Position numbers and translations under genes: made by a program
Part shown: positions 25,370-37,997 of the stretch, piece by piece
Layout: the number at the start of each line of letters is the position of its first letter
How positions within the stretch are numbered: position 1 is the stretch's first letter
The notes under the pieces: generated by a model
What the model was told of the DNA's origin: nothing
The model's database searches: none
Seen by the model: the letters and a program-made list of their open reading frames with translations, nothing else
NCBI GenBank assembly: GCA_022813865.1
Contig: JALDZX010000005.1
Span: 62,001 to 126,000 of the forward strand
Length of the DNA: 64,000 nucleotides
Reading direction: 5' to 3'
DNA from: Xylographa opegraphella
Taxonomy: Eukaryota

Positions 25370-27040
25370 GTGCTTCAGTGCGGGGGAACTAAGGGCTCTG
25401 GGCTGATTATGGCCGTTGTTTGTGGCGGCAGGGCGCTGAGCTCGACAGACGGGGCGGCAGCCTCCATACCTAGGATCTGGACTGCATCTTCGCTGCGTCG
25501 ACGGGATATGGCAGCTCCGATCAGACTGGCAATAGCGAAAGAGGACGACGAGAAATAGAATGCATAGTCATATCTATTGACGCGGTATCAAGAGGACTCT
25601 TCTTCCAGAACTTTCACCAGGACGAAGAAAACCGCTACCAGTGCCACAGTGACATAAGTCCGATAGCCATCGAGATGAGGACGCTAAGGTTCCGCTTCGT
25701 AGGGACAACCTTGAGGCCGAAGCGTTTGTTGCCTGATCAGGAAACCACAGAGTACAGGGAGCGCCCAGAGCCAAGAGCTGCCAGTCCAAGGCCGGTGATT
25801 GATAGCACTATATTTGCTGGGCTGAGAGAGACCTTTGACGGAGTTAGCTGCGATCACATGGCCTCTATCTACCACGACGTACGTACCTTCCTACCGTCTC
25901 CGGAGACATACGGGAGGAGGTCAGACTGCAGCGTCGCCCAAGCTGTTGGATTGATGATGTCTTTGTATAAACTCTCGCTGTTCATCAAACCTCCAAGCTG
26001 CTGCTGCGAGACGATGAAAGTAGTCTCTGGCGTAGCCGTCGACTTAGAGAGCACAATCCCCGACATGATTGAGACAGCAATCCAAATATATGTGCCAATA
26101 TAGAAGAGTTTACCAATCTAAAAGGAGTACCGGGAATCAATACCATCTGCTCCTTTCTCGGGGAAAGCTTGCCCAATGAACGCACCAAGTGTGGTCCCGG
26201 ACGTCCCACCAGAAGAAGTCAGAATAATATAATCCCGGCCGCGGAGAGAGGTATGAATGACGTTTGCTGCCAACAAAGTTACCAAACATCCAGTCACAAA
26301 TTCCATAGAGGTAAGAAAGCTCGTTAGAACCGCGCGACGTCTGTACGGGGAGCGTCGAGCACCTTGGTAACGTGCAAGCTCTGAGATTTTTGTGAGAACT
26401 ATGACTCCTGACCCGAAGAAGAACATGACGAAATTCATAACAATGAGGCTAATGGGGGGGCCTGAGGATTATTCCTGTGTAGCAATCAATTAGAGACATT
26501 AACCGGAGAGTGCCTCTAACGATTATACCAGTTCTGTTTTGCTGACATACGGCAATACTTCCGTGAGGAGTGATTCCATAGGGGTATCATCGATGACACG
26601 AGTGCAACCGAACACGATGTCTTGAGCATCTGTGCTGTTGTTAATTGCTAAGATCAAACTATATAGATTGTCTGCCAGCCACTTGTGCTCTTCGGAGTAC
26701 TAAGACGGATCCGAAGACAATAGTCGCCGATAGCATTCCCAAGGTCGTCTCAAAGCGACTTTGTTCGTCCTTCCGACATTGTTCTAACAGAGCAGCTCGG
26801 TAAAGAGCTGATGGTGTCTCTGTGTACGCCAATGTAGCAGCCGGGTAAAATCCGATAGCATTTTGATCCGCCACGACACTAATTCATAGATAGAGGGCGA
26901 CTACTGCAATGTCAACTCTTGAACAACGCGAAATCCCTCCCAAGGGTAGTAGAAACGGTAAAATGGGTAATTGTATTGTTGAGGAACAGGATAACGCAAG
27001 CAGGGGGGAGGCTCAAAAGTCCGGGGAATGCTTTTGAGAT
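25370..27040 (-). pseudogene. Probable degenerate multi-pass membrane protein gene
   Basis: Chain of hydrophobic ORF fragments on the minus strand broken by stops and frameshifts; internal repeat LLTEVLPYVS / LQSDLLPYVS; a residual GT...CTAAT...CAG intron near 26527-26475. Confidence 0.5.
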
Positions 27041-27946
27041 CATCAAGCCAGTTACGCCAAGCACATGACATGCAGGCAGACAAACGAAGTCAAAGCTGTA
27101 CACTTCACACTATATCGCTCGTGAGTACTCCGTACTTTGGGAAGGTTACCAATAAGGTGGAGTCTGGTGCTGGAAAAAACCGCCGAGGATCACTTGATAC
27201 GTGGCAGTACGTCGTTCATCAAGACCTGCGTTGCATAATCATTAGTCCAAACATAATTGAAAATTATACTGCTCAAGTCTGTTTGTTTGGTTTACGACAA
27301 GAGCTATTAGGTAATGAAAACCGCGAAGAAATCTCATCAATCCATGATTAATAAGATCACCAATAACGACAGCAGATCCGAGTAGGGAATGGTAAGCGAG
27401 GGGACGTTATCAGATGCGCCTCCGTGACTGCCGTATTATGAGGTAAAGTATACATGCACCGGATGTAAAAAAAGGCTGAAATTAAAAATAGAATCTGTGT
27501 TGAAAGGTAATCGATTTCGGAGTGAAGCTATGCATAGGTCAATATCAGTGGTCAGAAAATGTCAATTATGACTGACTTTATATACTTTTCTACGTGCTCA
27601 TACTTCAGGGTCGAGATCCTAATAGGGATTATATTGCCTTACAATTTCCTAAAGCACGGCTTTATTGTTCCAATTTCAACATAAAATGCACTCAGTACCG
27701 AATTTCTCATCGCTCGAGACGTGATTGAATCTTGAATTCCACGTGACCGCTACCTGGAGCACCTTGTAAGCACCGGATGGTTAGAATAAAATCAGCAGAG
27801 CAGCGGAAGAGTACTGACTTTTGCTATAATCATGGTAATTCTGCTTCCAATCCTTCGATCTAGATTTTAGTCTGCAATGCCGTACCATGAGTTATTACTC
27901 AAGTGAAAATTATGAATTTAGCTTCTGGAAAGCGAGGAAACTGGTG

Positions 27947-29274
27947 CTATCCAAGCACTTTCAAGCCGCCTTTGGTTTTGCTTTGCTTCTTTTGCACCCC
28001 TGAACCTGTTTTATCTCCACCACCATAATTTCCTCCTTTACTACTCTTCCCGCCCTTTTTCTTGTCTTTGGGCACGGTGGGCCTGATTTCGGTCGTGCTT
28101 TTTTTGATTAATACTGGATGGCTACCGATGTACTTCCCCTGCATCTCTCGAGCAGCGTTGAAATAGTCATCTCCTTGACTAAAGGACACGAACCCTAACG
28201 ATTATCAGACACCATTGGGATAGCACTTTCTTTCATGTACTCACCAAAACCCCTGCTTTTCGTGGTCCTCTTATCTCGCACGACTCGGGCTTTTTGCACA
28301 GACCCATATTTTATGAATGCCTTGAGTAGAGACTCGTCCGTGACCTCTCCAGCCAGATTACCGACAAATATTCGAAAGTGGGCAGGATCCCATTCGAGTA
28401 GTGATGAATCCTGCCATGTCTGTCCACCTCCGCTTCGTACAACAGTCTTCTGCTTTCCGTCCGCACCGGTCACTATAGCGGCGACGCCACTATCCGCATT
28501 TACGGCCGAGGTGATATCGGCGCTGCTCATAGAAGGTACAGTAAGATCGGGACGGCCTCCCAGGGGTCCGGAGTTTGCGCCAGTAGCGGAACCGGCACCT
28601 TCTCCACCTGCTCCAAATCTACTCGACATTCGTCCGAGTCCTTTCCCCGTCGATTCATCTTTCGAGGCGTAAGCGCTCTGCCACTGTGCTATTTGAGCTT
28701 CTAATTCAGGATCAGTCCCAGGTTGGCCTATCCCAGGATTTCGCCCACGTCCAACCCCATTGCTCGATTCTTGACCAGGTAATGGGAATGGGTTCCGTAT
28801 TTGAGGCGGTGTAGGCTGAAAAGATTCATCAGGGCCAGACTGTTGATAATATGTTGGTGCAGAAGCTTGCTGGTAAGATGGTGCAGCTGGCTGTTGGTAT
28901 GACGGTTGATGTGGGAAAGGTCCATTTAAATATGTGGTTGGGGCAGAGAAACCTGTTGGCGGCGCCGGAGGTGCAGAAACAGTCGTAGCGTGAGGACGGA
29001 AAGCGTGGTTATTTGCAACTACGGACCGTGGTTGAAAACCGGTAAAGCCCCCATAACTGCTTCCTGCTTGACCATTCGTATCAAACCCGCCGTAACCCCT
29101 TGTGCCTGGCGCACCTAATGAGAGCGAAGGCGTAGAAGCGAGCGCTGACTTGAAGGACGGCTGTGGGCCGGCGGGGGGTGGTGGTCGTGGAGGGAGAGAG
29201 GAATGGGGTTGCGGTGTTGTCGCAGACGACGGTGGGTGTGGGGTTTTGAGACCTGGAGGCGGAGGATATGACAT
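27947..29274 (-). CDS. RRM protein, RBM42-like (spliceosome-associated)
   Basis: Pro-rich N-terminus, then WQDSSLLEWDPAHFRIFVGNLAGEVTD...RDKRTTKSRGFG|FVSF...AREMQGKYIGSHPV; one intron ~28244-28194. Confidence 0.92.
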
Positions 29275-29789
29275 GATGAACGGCTGTACAGTATACCCTT
29301 GATTTTGCAATGTTTACGTACCTATCACAAGTAGGTGCCTTGAGGCTGCGACGAAGCTTGTGTTTGGGGCTGTTGCGCTGCTTTGCACCCGGCTTTGTGA
29401 CCACGCATAAGCAACACCAGGATACACGCCAAGCGATACAGATGAATCCAGGCAGAAGATTCACCTAGTAGCCTTCGATATGACTGAGATGTCTCCCGAT
29501 CTTAGTGGTCAGGCTGCAGATGCTACTACCAGACGGCTGATATGTTCTCGCACGATGCACGCGGATTACGGAGTATTGCAGGGCTGAGAGAGCGGTTTGG
29601 GCTTAACGCATCGGCAGCCACGGACCGCTGACTGAGCGTTGACGAAAGTGTCCCACATGAATGTGAAAACCCCACTACGAGGCAGTAAAAGAACTTTGGT
29701 CCTCAACCATCCTGTTATCCTGCCATTGACGGATTTTCTATCACATCCCTTAGGCTTCTACTCAGCTACATTCGTATACTCAGAATACC

Positions 29790-31621
29790 ATGGCTGGAGA
29801 AATGCAAGTGTGAGTCTCACTTTCTCCTCTGATACGTCCTAAGTTGCCCCACTATGAGCTTTGCTGCTGTACCAACAAGACCTAAAGCGGCTGAAAACTT
29901 GGAATTGGATGACTTCTAGTTGTCCGTGATGTCAATCAGATGGCTGACTTCGAAGCTCATACTCCTGGCTTCATGGCCAGTGTGTATGAGCGCCTTCATA
30001 TAGTGCTGACTTCGGTCTTATTGGTCTGGCCGTCATGGGCCAGAACCTGATACTGAACGCTGCGGATCATGGCTTTACAGTCTGCGCCTTTAACCGAACA
30101 GTTTCCAAAGTCGATCGCTTTATGGCAAATGAGGCTAAAGGTGAGACTCAAGATAAGCAGTATTCAACGGGAATGACCTGACTTTCTTCGCGAAATAGGA
30201 AAGTCTATCGTCGGGGCTCACTCTATTGAGGAGTTTATCTCTAAGCTCAAGAAACCCCGCCGAATGATGCTCCTCGTTATGGCAGGGAAACCTGTAGATG
30301 ACTTCATTGATACTCTATTGCCATACGTTGAGAAGGGTGACATCATCATCGATGGAGGAAATTCGCACTATCCAGATACAAACCGCCGTACAAGGGCGTT
30401 GGCAGAGAAGGGAATCCGATTTGTTGGTACCGGTGTATCGGGTGGTGAGGAAGGAGCCCGCTATGGTCCCAGTCTGATGCCTGGTGGCAACGAAGAAGCA
30501 TGGCCATACATAAAGGACATCTTTCAATCCATTGCAGCCAAATCAGACGACGAGCCATGCTGCGACTGGGTGGGGGACGAAGGCGCCGGACACTATGTAA
30601 AGATGGTCCATAATGGTATCGAGTATGGTGATATGCAACTTATCTCGGAGGTTGGAATTCTGAGTCATCGATTCCATGATCCTCTGTGCTAAGTTGTTAT
30701 AGGCATACGATATCATGAAGCGCGGCGTCGGGCTTTCTGACAAGGAGATAGGTGATGTTTTCGACAAATGGAATAAGGGCGTTCTCGACTCCTTTCTCAT
30801 CGAAATTACCCGTGATATACTCAAATATACCGATGAGGACGGCACTGCATTGGTGGAGAAGATTTTGGATTCTGCTGGCCAGAAAGGTACCGGCAAGTGG
30901 ACCGCCATCAACGCTTTGGATCTCGGTATGCCCGTCACGCTTATTGGCGAGGCTGTCTTCGCTAGATGTCTGAGCTCGCTGAAGGACGAACGTGGCCGGG
31001 CGTCAAGCAGACTTTCAGGTCCTACCCCAAAATTTACTGGCGATAGAGAGGAATTCCTCGCAAATCTTGAACAAGCTCTCTATGCCTCGAAGATCATTTC
31101 CTACGCGCAAGGCTTTATGTTAATGCAACATGTCAGTATTCCTTTCGTCCCGAACGTTGAGCGAGCTAACGAGCACACAGGCTGCCAAGGAATACAATTG
31201 GAAGCTCAACAAACCCTCTATTGCGCTTATGTGGCGTGGAGGCTGCATTATTCGGTCTGTCTTTTTGAAGGACATTACTGAGGCTTACCGTAAGGAGCCT
31301 GAACTCGAGAATCTTCTGTTCAACGACTTCTTCAACAAAGCTATCCATAAGGCACAACCAGGCTGGAGAGACGTCGTTAGTAAGAGCGCTTTGTGGGGTA
31401 TCCCCTTACCTGCTTTTAGTACCGCACTCAGTTTCTTTGATGGGTACCGGACAAAAAACCTACCAGCCAATCTATTGCAAGCTCAACGAGATTATTTCGG
31501 CGCGCACACCTTCAAGATCAAGCCGGAATATGCCTCTGATAGGTATCCCGAAGGCGAAAATATCCATGTCAACTGGACTGGAAGAGGTGGAAATGTCTCT
31601 GCATCGACATACCAAGCATAA
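29790..31621 (+). CDS. gnd1: 6-phosphogluconate dehydrogenase, decarboxylating
   Basis: Exon 1 MAGEMQV, intron 29810-30003, then [49 protein letters not shown] and [10 protein letters not shown]; four introns in total. Confidence 0.98.
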
Positions 31622-32162
31622 GAATCTCACTGCCCTCATGAATGTATGCAAGCTACAACCGCTCGTGTCAATATCACCACTCGGGTTCCAAAGTCACTTT
31701 TTCGTCTCCATGAGTAGACAGGCAGTTGTTGCGTATACTGTGCATGTTGCAGAATATGGACCTTAGAATGTGTTACATATACCAATACTATCAACAGAAA
31801 GTTTGTCAGGCTTGAATTGAGTAACCATCAGTAATGCGTAGGATAACATACGACGCTAGAATAAGGAAAATAGATACCCCGTTCGCCGTTATACAACAAG
31901 CAAATGTTGGATTACCGTGTGCTCACTTGCAAGATTCATTAGTGTGGCTGATGGCAGAAGTTCGAATGATGAAAGCTCAACCGGTATTTTCCAAATCCTC
32001 GATGATTGTCTGGGCGGGTTTTCTTGCTTTGATCTGACTTCGGTATACCCTGTCTCAAATGGTGATACCATCACAACAAATGCAGTATTGCTCCTAGGAT
32101 CACTGTGCACCCATGATTCCGTCAGGGTAGGAACAACCCTTCGCCTTTTACTTTGAACTGCC

Positions 32163-34132
32163 ATGGCAGCATCTTTCGCCACGGAGGCTGCACTTCTCGA
32201 GGATAACCAGTGGCGCTCATCTCCACCACATACGGGGACACCAAGTGCTCGCCTTACGCGTTCATCTGTAACAATTCATGGTAAATTGTCGTTGCAGAAC
32301 GCCAACCAATCGGAGAGGATATTCAGTACAGATTCAGACATGATTGATGATACAGACGGTCGTGGGCGACGCAAGAGGTCTCAAAACACTACTGAAAACA
32401 GAGACCTCGGATCTTCCAGCGAAATCACATCTCAACATTCGCTGTGGAAGAATATCGGCGTGGTAGAGAAATACAAGGCCCGCGCGAAAACCACTAGCCA
32501 GTACGACTCTTCTCCTCATCTTTCTCGGTCTCCGAGCCCAGATGACAAGGAGGAGAGATTGTCCGAGGAGGAAGGCCTCACGGACGACGAGGAAGCAGGT
32601 CTAACTCGAGTTGACAAAGGAAAGAGATGGCGAAGAAAAAGACGCCACACACTGCTCAATGAACGCATTGCAGGTGGTGCGGGGACCTCTAAGCAGGAGC
32701 GTAAAGTCGCAGACTTGAACGTATTGAAAAGTTCTCTTATAAATGCAGTACTGATAGGGTCATGGTGAGTAACCTTAATGAGTTTCATGGTCTTGACTAC
32801 AACTGTATTGCAGGTACCTGTTTTCGCTCTCGATATCCATCGTGAGTTCCACCGGCACGACATTACGATTACAGGAATTGACTCGACCTTTAGTACAATA
32901 AATGGATGTTCTCGCCAGAGCATCTGAACTTCCACTTCCCTCTTTTTACAACATGTATGCACATGCTCGTACAGTTTTCTTTGGCCTCTGCAGTTTTGCT
33001 TTTTGTTCCGCACTTCCGACCACGCTATGACAGTATCTCCAATCCCCAGCAACTGTCCACTACCAGGGACTGCGAAGAGCCTCTTGACTCTAAGAAGCCA
33101 CTGATGACCGCTAAATTCTACCTTAGTCGTATTGCTCCGTGTGGGGCTGCAACAGGTCTTGACATTGGCTTGGGAAATATGTCCCTGAAATTCATTACTC
33201 TTACCTTTTTCAGTAAGCTTTCCAATCTCGCAATTTCTACTATTTATCACCTCGAAAATTAAGCCACTAATGTAACATCAGCAATGTGTAAATCATCCGC
33301 TCTTGCCTTTGTGCTTCTCTTTGCCTTCATCTTTCGTCTTGAAACCCCTTCCATCAAACTCATCCTCATTATCGCCACTATGACGATCGGGGTCATTATG
33401 ATGGTGGCTGGTGAAACCGCGTTCAACGTTCTCGGATTTGTGCTCATTATCTCTTCCGCTTTTTTCTCGGGCTTCCGCTGGGCTTTGACACAGATCCTTC
33501 TTCTTCGGAATCCAGCGACCAGCAATCCGTTTAGTAGTATTTTTTTCCTGGCACCTATCATGTTCATCAGCCTCGCAATTCTCGCCATTCCCATTGAAGG
33601 ATTCGGTGCTCTCAAAGAAGGACTCGATATCCTCACAGCAGCGAAGGGGACCTTTGCGGGAATTGCACTCTTGCTATTTCCTGGCGTGCTTGCTTTTTGC
33701 ATGACATCATCAGAATTCGCTTTGCTGCAGCGTACTTCGGTTGTGACGCTCAGTATCTGTGGTATCTTCAAAGAAGTCGTCACTATCTCTGCCGCTGGCA
33801 TAGTTTTCCACGATCCACTTACGCCTATCAATGTCAGTGGCTTACTGGTGACGATCGCGAGTATTGCTGCCTATAACTATATCAAGATCACAAAGATGCG
33901 GAAGGAAGCGAGAGAGAAGTTGAAAGACGAGGTAGACGGGACGGAAGGGGAAGATATATTGGAGAACGAGGAGATAGGGCAGTCTGAGACTACAGAGCAT
34001 TCAAGCACGAGTAGCATGGTCCTCGAGACTGTGAGAACCAGTCTCACACTCATCGCACCAAGCCGGGACCGGGCGAGCTCAGATGGGAGAGAAAGACATT
34101 CGCCAACAAAACGTCCGGAGGATCTAGACTAG
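32163..34132 (+). CDS. Triose-phosphate / nucleotide-sugar transporter family (SLC35C2/Ymd8-like)
   Basis: W|YLFSLSISI|YNKWMF (28-nt microexon), FPLFTTCMH, ATGLDIGLGN, MCKSSAL, SGFRWALTQ and LSICGIFKE; about 10 hydrophobic segments; three introns. Confidence 0.93.
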
Positions 34133-34969
34133 GATCTGGACAGCACACATCTTGTGTCACGTGAATGATGGTCACAGAATTCAGAAGTATGCCTTCGTAG
34201 ACAAGACCCGTATTGATAGATCTCGTATCTTCAAGGGTGTTTCGAACGGGTGTTTGATGATGCATTCAAGACTATTATTTCCATCATTTTTGTGCTAGCA
34301 AAAACCGATACCGCAGCCTACACGGACAACGCATCGAGTGCAGATGGCACTACCTGGACGTCATCAGGAGTGAGCTGTACTGTATCTCTTCTGCAGATTA
34401 CCCAGCGACTGCGCCACCCCATCCCCAGCGAAGAAAGACCATGTTCCGAAATCGTTCACTCGGGAGGTGCACTCATGGGGGTCGTTGATAATCTGGCATT
34501 GAAATCAACTCGCTTCCACGATATTAGCTTGATAGGGTATCTTCTGCCCAGCATTGCAAGGTCTGCAGTTATTCTTGGGACGGACAAAGCCGGTACTGGC
34601 GCTCAACAGATCCAGCCGTATAGTGACTTGGTGATTTTTGAAGGTCGTCAATTCAATTCCGCCGGATCGAAGTCGGCATGGGCCGCGAAGAGCATACCAT
34701 TGGAGGGGTCAGAGAAGTACTGGGTGCAGGAGTCGAGATGGCATCGCCTTGCAACTATCTCCTGTTTGACTTGATGAGGACTTTGAGTGTTTCATGATGG
34801 TATCACGTGAAAACGTCGTTCACCAAGCGGAAATACATTCACAAACGAAAGCAATTCCAGTCCTCTACATATGAGCTTAGTATTGCAATAGTGCTGGATT
34901 TCCACTTTTGACTATGAGTGACTTTCAAGCAATTATTGTAAGCTCCATCCAAAATATAAGACTATTTTG

Positions 34970-35793
34970 TCATCCTCCTTTCCTCGGTCCGGTAAGGGGC
35001 ACAGCCGCTGGGATAGCAGGCCTTGCTGCTCCAGTTTTCTCCGAAAGCTTCTTCCGTTCGATCTCGAGCTATAGGGCGTTAGCCTCCGTCCCGTCTTTGG
35101 GAGCTGATAGGCAGATAGCAGTCTGTAGCAACATGAACTTACCACCTTCTTCACCCGAGTCAACGACTCCTTAGCCGCCCCGGTCCCTGCTTTGCAGTCC
35201 TCTGGCCTGTACGGCGCTTCTATCACCACCGCGTCTGACACAACAATATCCTTCCCTTCCCACCTCGTAGGCAGCGTACGACTAATGCGGTCGAAGATTT
35301 CCTGCGCTTCGCGGCTGACCCCCTTGCCCTTACGCGCCTCCTCGGCTTTCAGACGTGCAATCGTGCTCTCAAGACGCGACTGAAGGGCGGCATGGTCGAG
35401 AGCGGGGAGCGGTGGTAAGGGGACGGTAGGAGAGGGCAGTGACACAAGGTTGAAGGATTGAAGCGCGGATATGGGTAGGATGTGGTATGTTGAAGCTTCG
35501 GTAGCAGGAGTCGGCGACGTAGAGAGGGTGAGGAGGTTGAGCGCCGGGGAGACAGTGAACAGCGTCCCCTCAAGAGTACGAGAAGTAGGCGCCACCGTTT
35601 GCAAGCGTATTCTTCATTGTTTGGTTAGCAGCAAGATCAAGACACCCAATGTGAAAGAGCTAAACACTCACTTCGCGCCAATGGCAGCCGTCAAGGCTGT
35701 CTCCAGCGACACCATGCCTGTAGGCCCAATATTGGGCGTTGCGACTGGCACCTTACCCGCCGTGTTCTGGCGTTTGTGCTGGATATCCGCCAT
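34970..35793 (-). CDS. LSM12-like protein (Lsm domain + C-terminal anticodon-binding AD domain)
   Basis: MADIQHKR...AIGAK|IRLQTV...LEGTLFT, then GKGVSREAQEIFDRISRTLPTRWEGKDIVVSDAVVIEAPY...LTRVKKV|LEIERKK...PRKGG*; two introns. Confidence 0.88.
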
Positions 35794-36843
35794 CCTCGCG
35801 GTCGCTGCTCTGGCCGACGTGTCGAGCTATGTCAAGATTCGCGCATTTGAAACGTTGGAGGACCTGTTGTAGGGCTCCGGTGACTGGGCAATGGAACAAA
35901 GGTATGTAAAAGAATGACGAGAAATGGAACAAGAGAATGATGTCGCGCAAGAGCAAGAAGGGAGAGTCAGGCACTCCTGATTTCTACAAGTACAGCTTCT
36001 CCAATCTCCACGACTGATTTGGTGGTTGCTGGCGCTTGAGCTGCGGGAGGCTTTTGGGGTCATGGGAGCTAAGGTAGAATAGAGAGCGGGGGATTATGGG
36101 ACCGGAGCCGATCTTCTGCACTTTGAGTCAGGTATCGTATCAGTGAAGACCTGATGTGCAAAATAAGCTACTCTACTTCGTATGTCAAGATTAATCCTGG
36201 CCCATCGAGGTTTCTCTCTACTATTAGATGATTGCGACTGATCATCCGATTAGCTATCACTTCTAACCTTGCACCTTTCTAACCAAGAGCCTTCTCAGCA
36301 CACAACCTACGGGCACGCTATGGAAGTCCTTCTGTAGCACTGAGAAAATCAGTTTATAGCCCTATTTTCGTGAGCAGGCCGTTATGATTCTCTGTTGATT
36401 GGTTTGATTCATGCGAAATGTCTCACTGTCCATAATCCCTCTATTTTATGGACTTCTTCCAGAGCTCCAACTATGAGTCTGTGGTTCAGCAAAGAATGCA
36501 GGGTGAATCATCATGATAGTCACTCATTACCGAAATATTTACTCGTCTTATAGACGACCTTTGCCCTCATAACGGCTCACCCGTTGTCATTTCATTCTTT
36601 CATTTTAAGCGTTCATATCTCTGCCCCAACGACCATTTGAACTGCCCGTTTGATCCACATCCTATCGGATGAGAACCGCTGAATAGATTAGTCGGTCGTA
36701 ATCCAGCGACTACGGCTTGTCAAGGCCCGGTCGCTAGCGAACATAAATCATCCGCGTTCCCTCCTAAGAGTCTTCATGCAAGCGTGGAAAAGGTACTCAT
36801 TGTTATCTGCGTACTTACTTGACTAGCCTACTCTCCTCTGAAG

Positions 36844-37104
36844 ATGCAAGGAATGGCAAGCCATATTATTTGGAGGGCAAAAGTCAAGACATACACGTGG
36901 ATTTCCGAGAATAGCGCGCACGCTTCACAGTCTAAGGAAGATTCGAGTATGATTAACAACGGCGAAGATACCGAAGAACGTTATGCAGTGTGCTGCCAAG
37001 ATGGTTGTCGGATGAGTGGCTCCGGACCAAACGACTGGACGTGCAAGACATGCAGCCACAAGTTCTGCCACGATTGCTTGATGAGCTCTATTGAGCATGA
37101 CTGA
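36844..37104 (+). CDS. Small Cys/His-rich putative zinc-binding protein (86 aa)
   Basis: ATG-initiated ORF with CCQDGC...WTCKTCSHKFCHDC. Confidence 0.6.
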   Translation: MQGMASHIIWRAKVKTYTWISENSAHASQSKEDSSMINNGEDTEERYAVCCQDGCRMSGSGPNDWTCKTCSHKFCHDCLMSSIEHD

Positions 37105-37388
37105 CAGGCCGGATACGCATTGTCGCGGTGTAGTTTCCTGATATCTGGGCATTTTTTGTTCACACGGTAGACAATCTTGCTGCATTATTCGAGAAAGAAG
37201 CCTTCATTGCACACTGTTTTCATTCACGGTTGTGAGGATACCTAGACCATGTACAGTCTCCCAACGACATCCACTGTCAGAAAAGTGCAGATCGCCATTC
37301 CTCTTACCCTGAGACCCAACTCCCTTCTCCAAAAGCAACTTATCCAACCCTTTCAATCCTAAATCCCAAATGCCAAAACCCCCAACCC

Positions 37389-37997
37389 CTAACAGGCAAA
37401 TCCACAATCCATTTGCCGATTCGGCCTCCTCAGATCCCACTTCAGGAACACGGCGCGATCCCAATTCCCCAAATGACACCTCCGATCGAGAATCCTCCAG
37501 TCATCCTTGCCGATCGCGAAGTCCACATCGAAGCCCAGCACATCCACGATCATGAAGCCGACGCGCGTCGAGATGTTGAACTCCGTCGGCCCGTTGGCCG
37601 TGTTCCAGTCCGTCCAGTTCAGGTGGCCGATGTCGCGGTCGGCGTTGTCCGTCACCCGCACCCAGAGGCTGCCGCCGGGGATGCCGGGGTTCATGAAGTA
37701 CGGCGACTGGTAGACGTGGACGTTGCAGCGGCCGTGTACGGGCGGAATGGTCGCCTCGGAGGGAAGGAAGCGTGGAACGAGGGAGTGGGGGACGAAGGCG
37801 GTGGTGTTGAAGACGGGGGTGGTATGGTGGGCCGAGACGGCGAGGCCGACGCCCAGGGACAAGACGCTGAGGAGGGCGAGGAGCAGGATGAGCGCCGTAG
37901 AAATGTGGAAGACGGTGCGGAGGAGGCTCTGGGGCCGGGTGAGGCGTGGGAGGGCGGAGGTGCGGGTGGTGGGGAGGAGGGGCGCTTTGGCATCCAT
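37389..37997 (-). CDS. Type II membrane-anchored protein with Cys-framed C-terminal domain, unknown function
   Basis: Intronless 202-aa ORF: MDAKAPLL start, TM segment (~aa 32-55), then CNVHVYQ...CHLGNWD...RQMDCGFAC. Confidence 0.75.
   Translation of the reverse strand: MDAKAPLLPTTRTSALPRLTRPQSLLRTVFHISTALILLLALLSVLSLGVGLAVSAHHTTPVFNTTAFVPHSLVPRFLPSEATIPPVHGRCNVHVYQSPYFMNPGIPGGSLWVRVTDNADRDIGHLNWTDWNTANGPTEFNISTRVGFMIVDVLGFDVDFAIGKDDWRILDRRCHLGNWDRAVFLKWDLRRPNRQMDCGFAC

Noticed and set aside
29956..30003. PTS2-encoding alternative exon extension in gnd1
   Set aside because: The in-frame extension contains TGA at 29987 and no R-L/V/I-x5-H/Q-L motif.
34250..34774. 174-aa ORF between the transporter and LSM12
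   Set aside because: Non-ATG start, no recognisable motif, and located in a convergent 3' region.
36345..36515. Minus-strand ATGATGA...CTGA, C/D snoRNA-like
   Set aside because: No convincing terminal stem or rRNA-complementary guide recognised.
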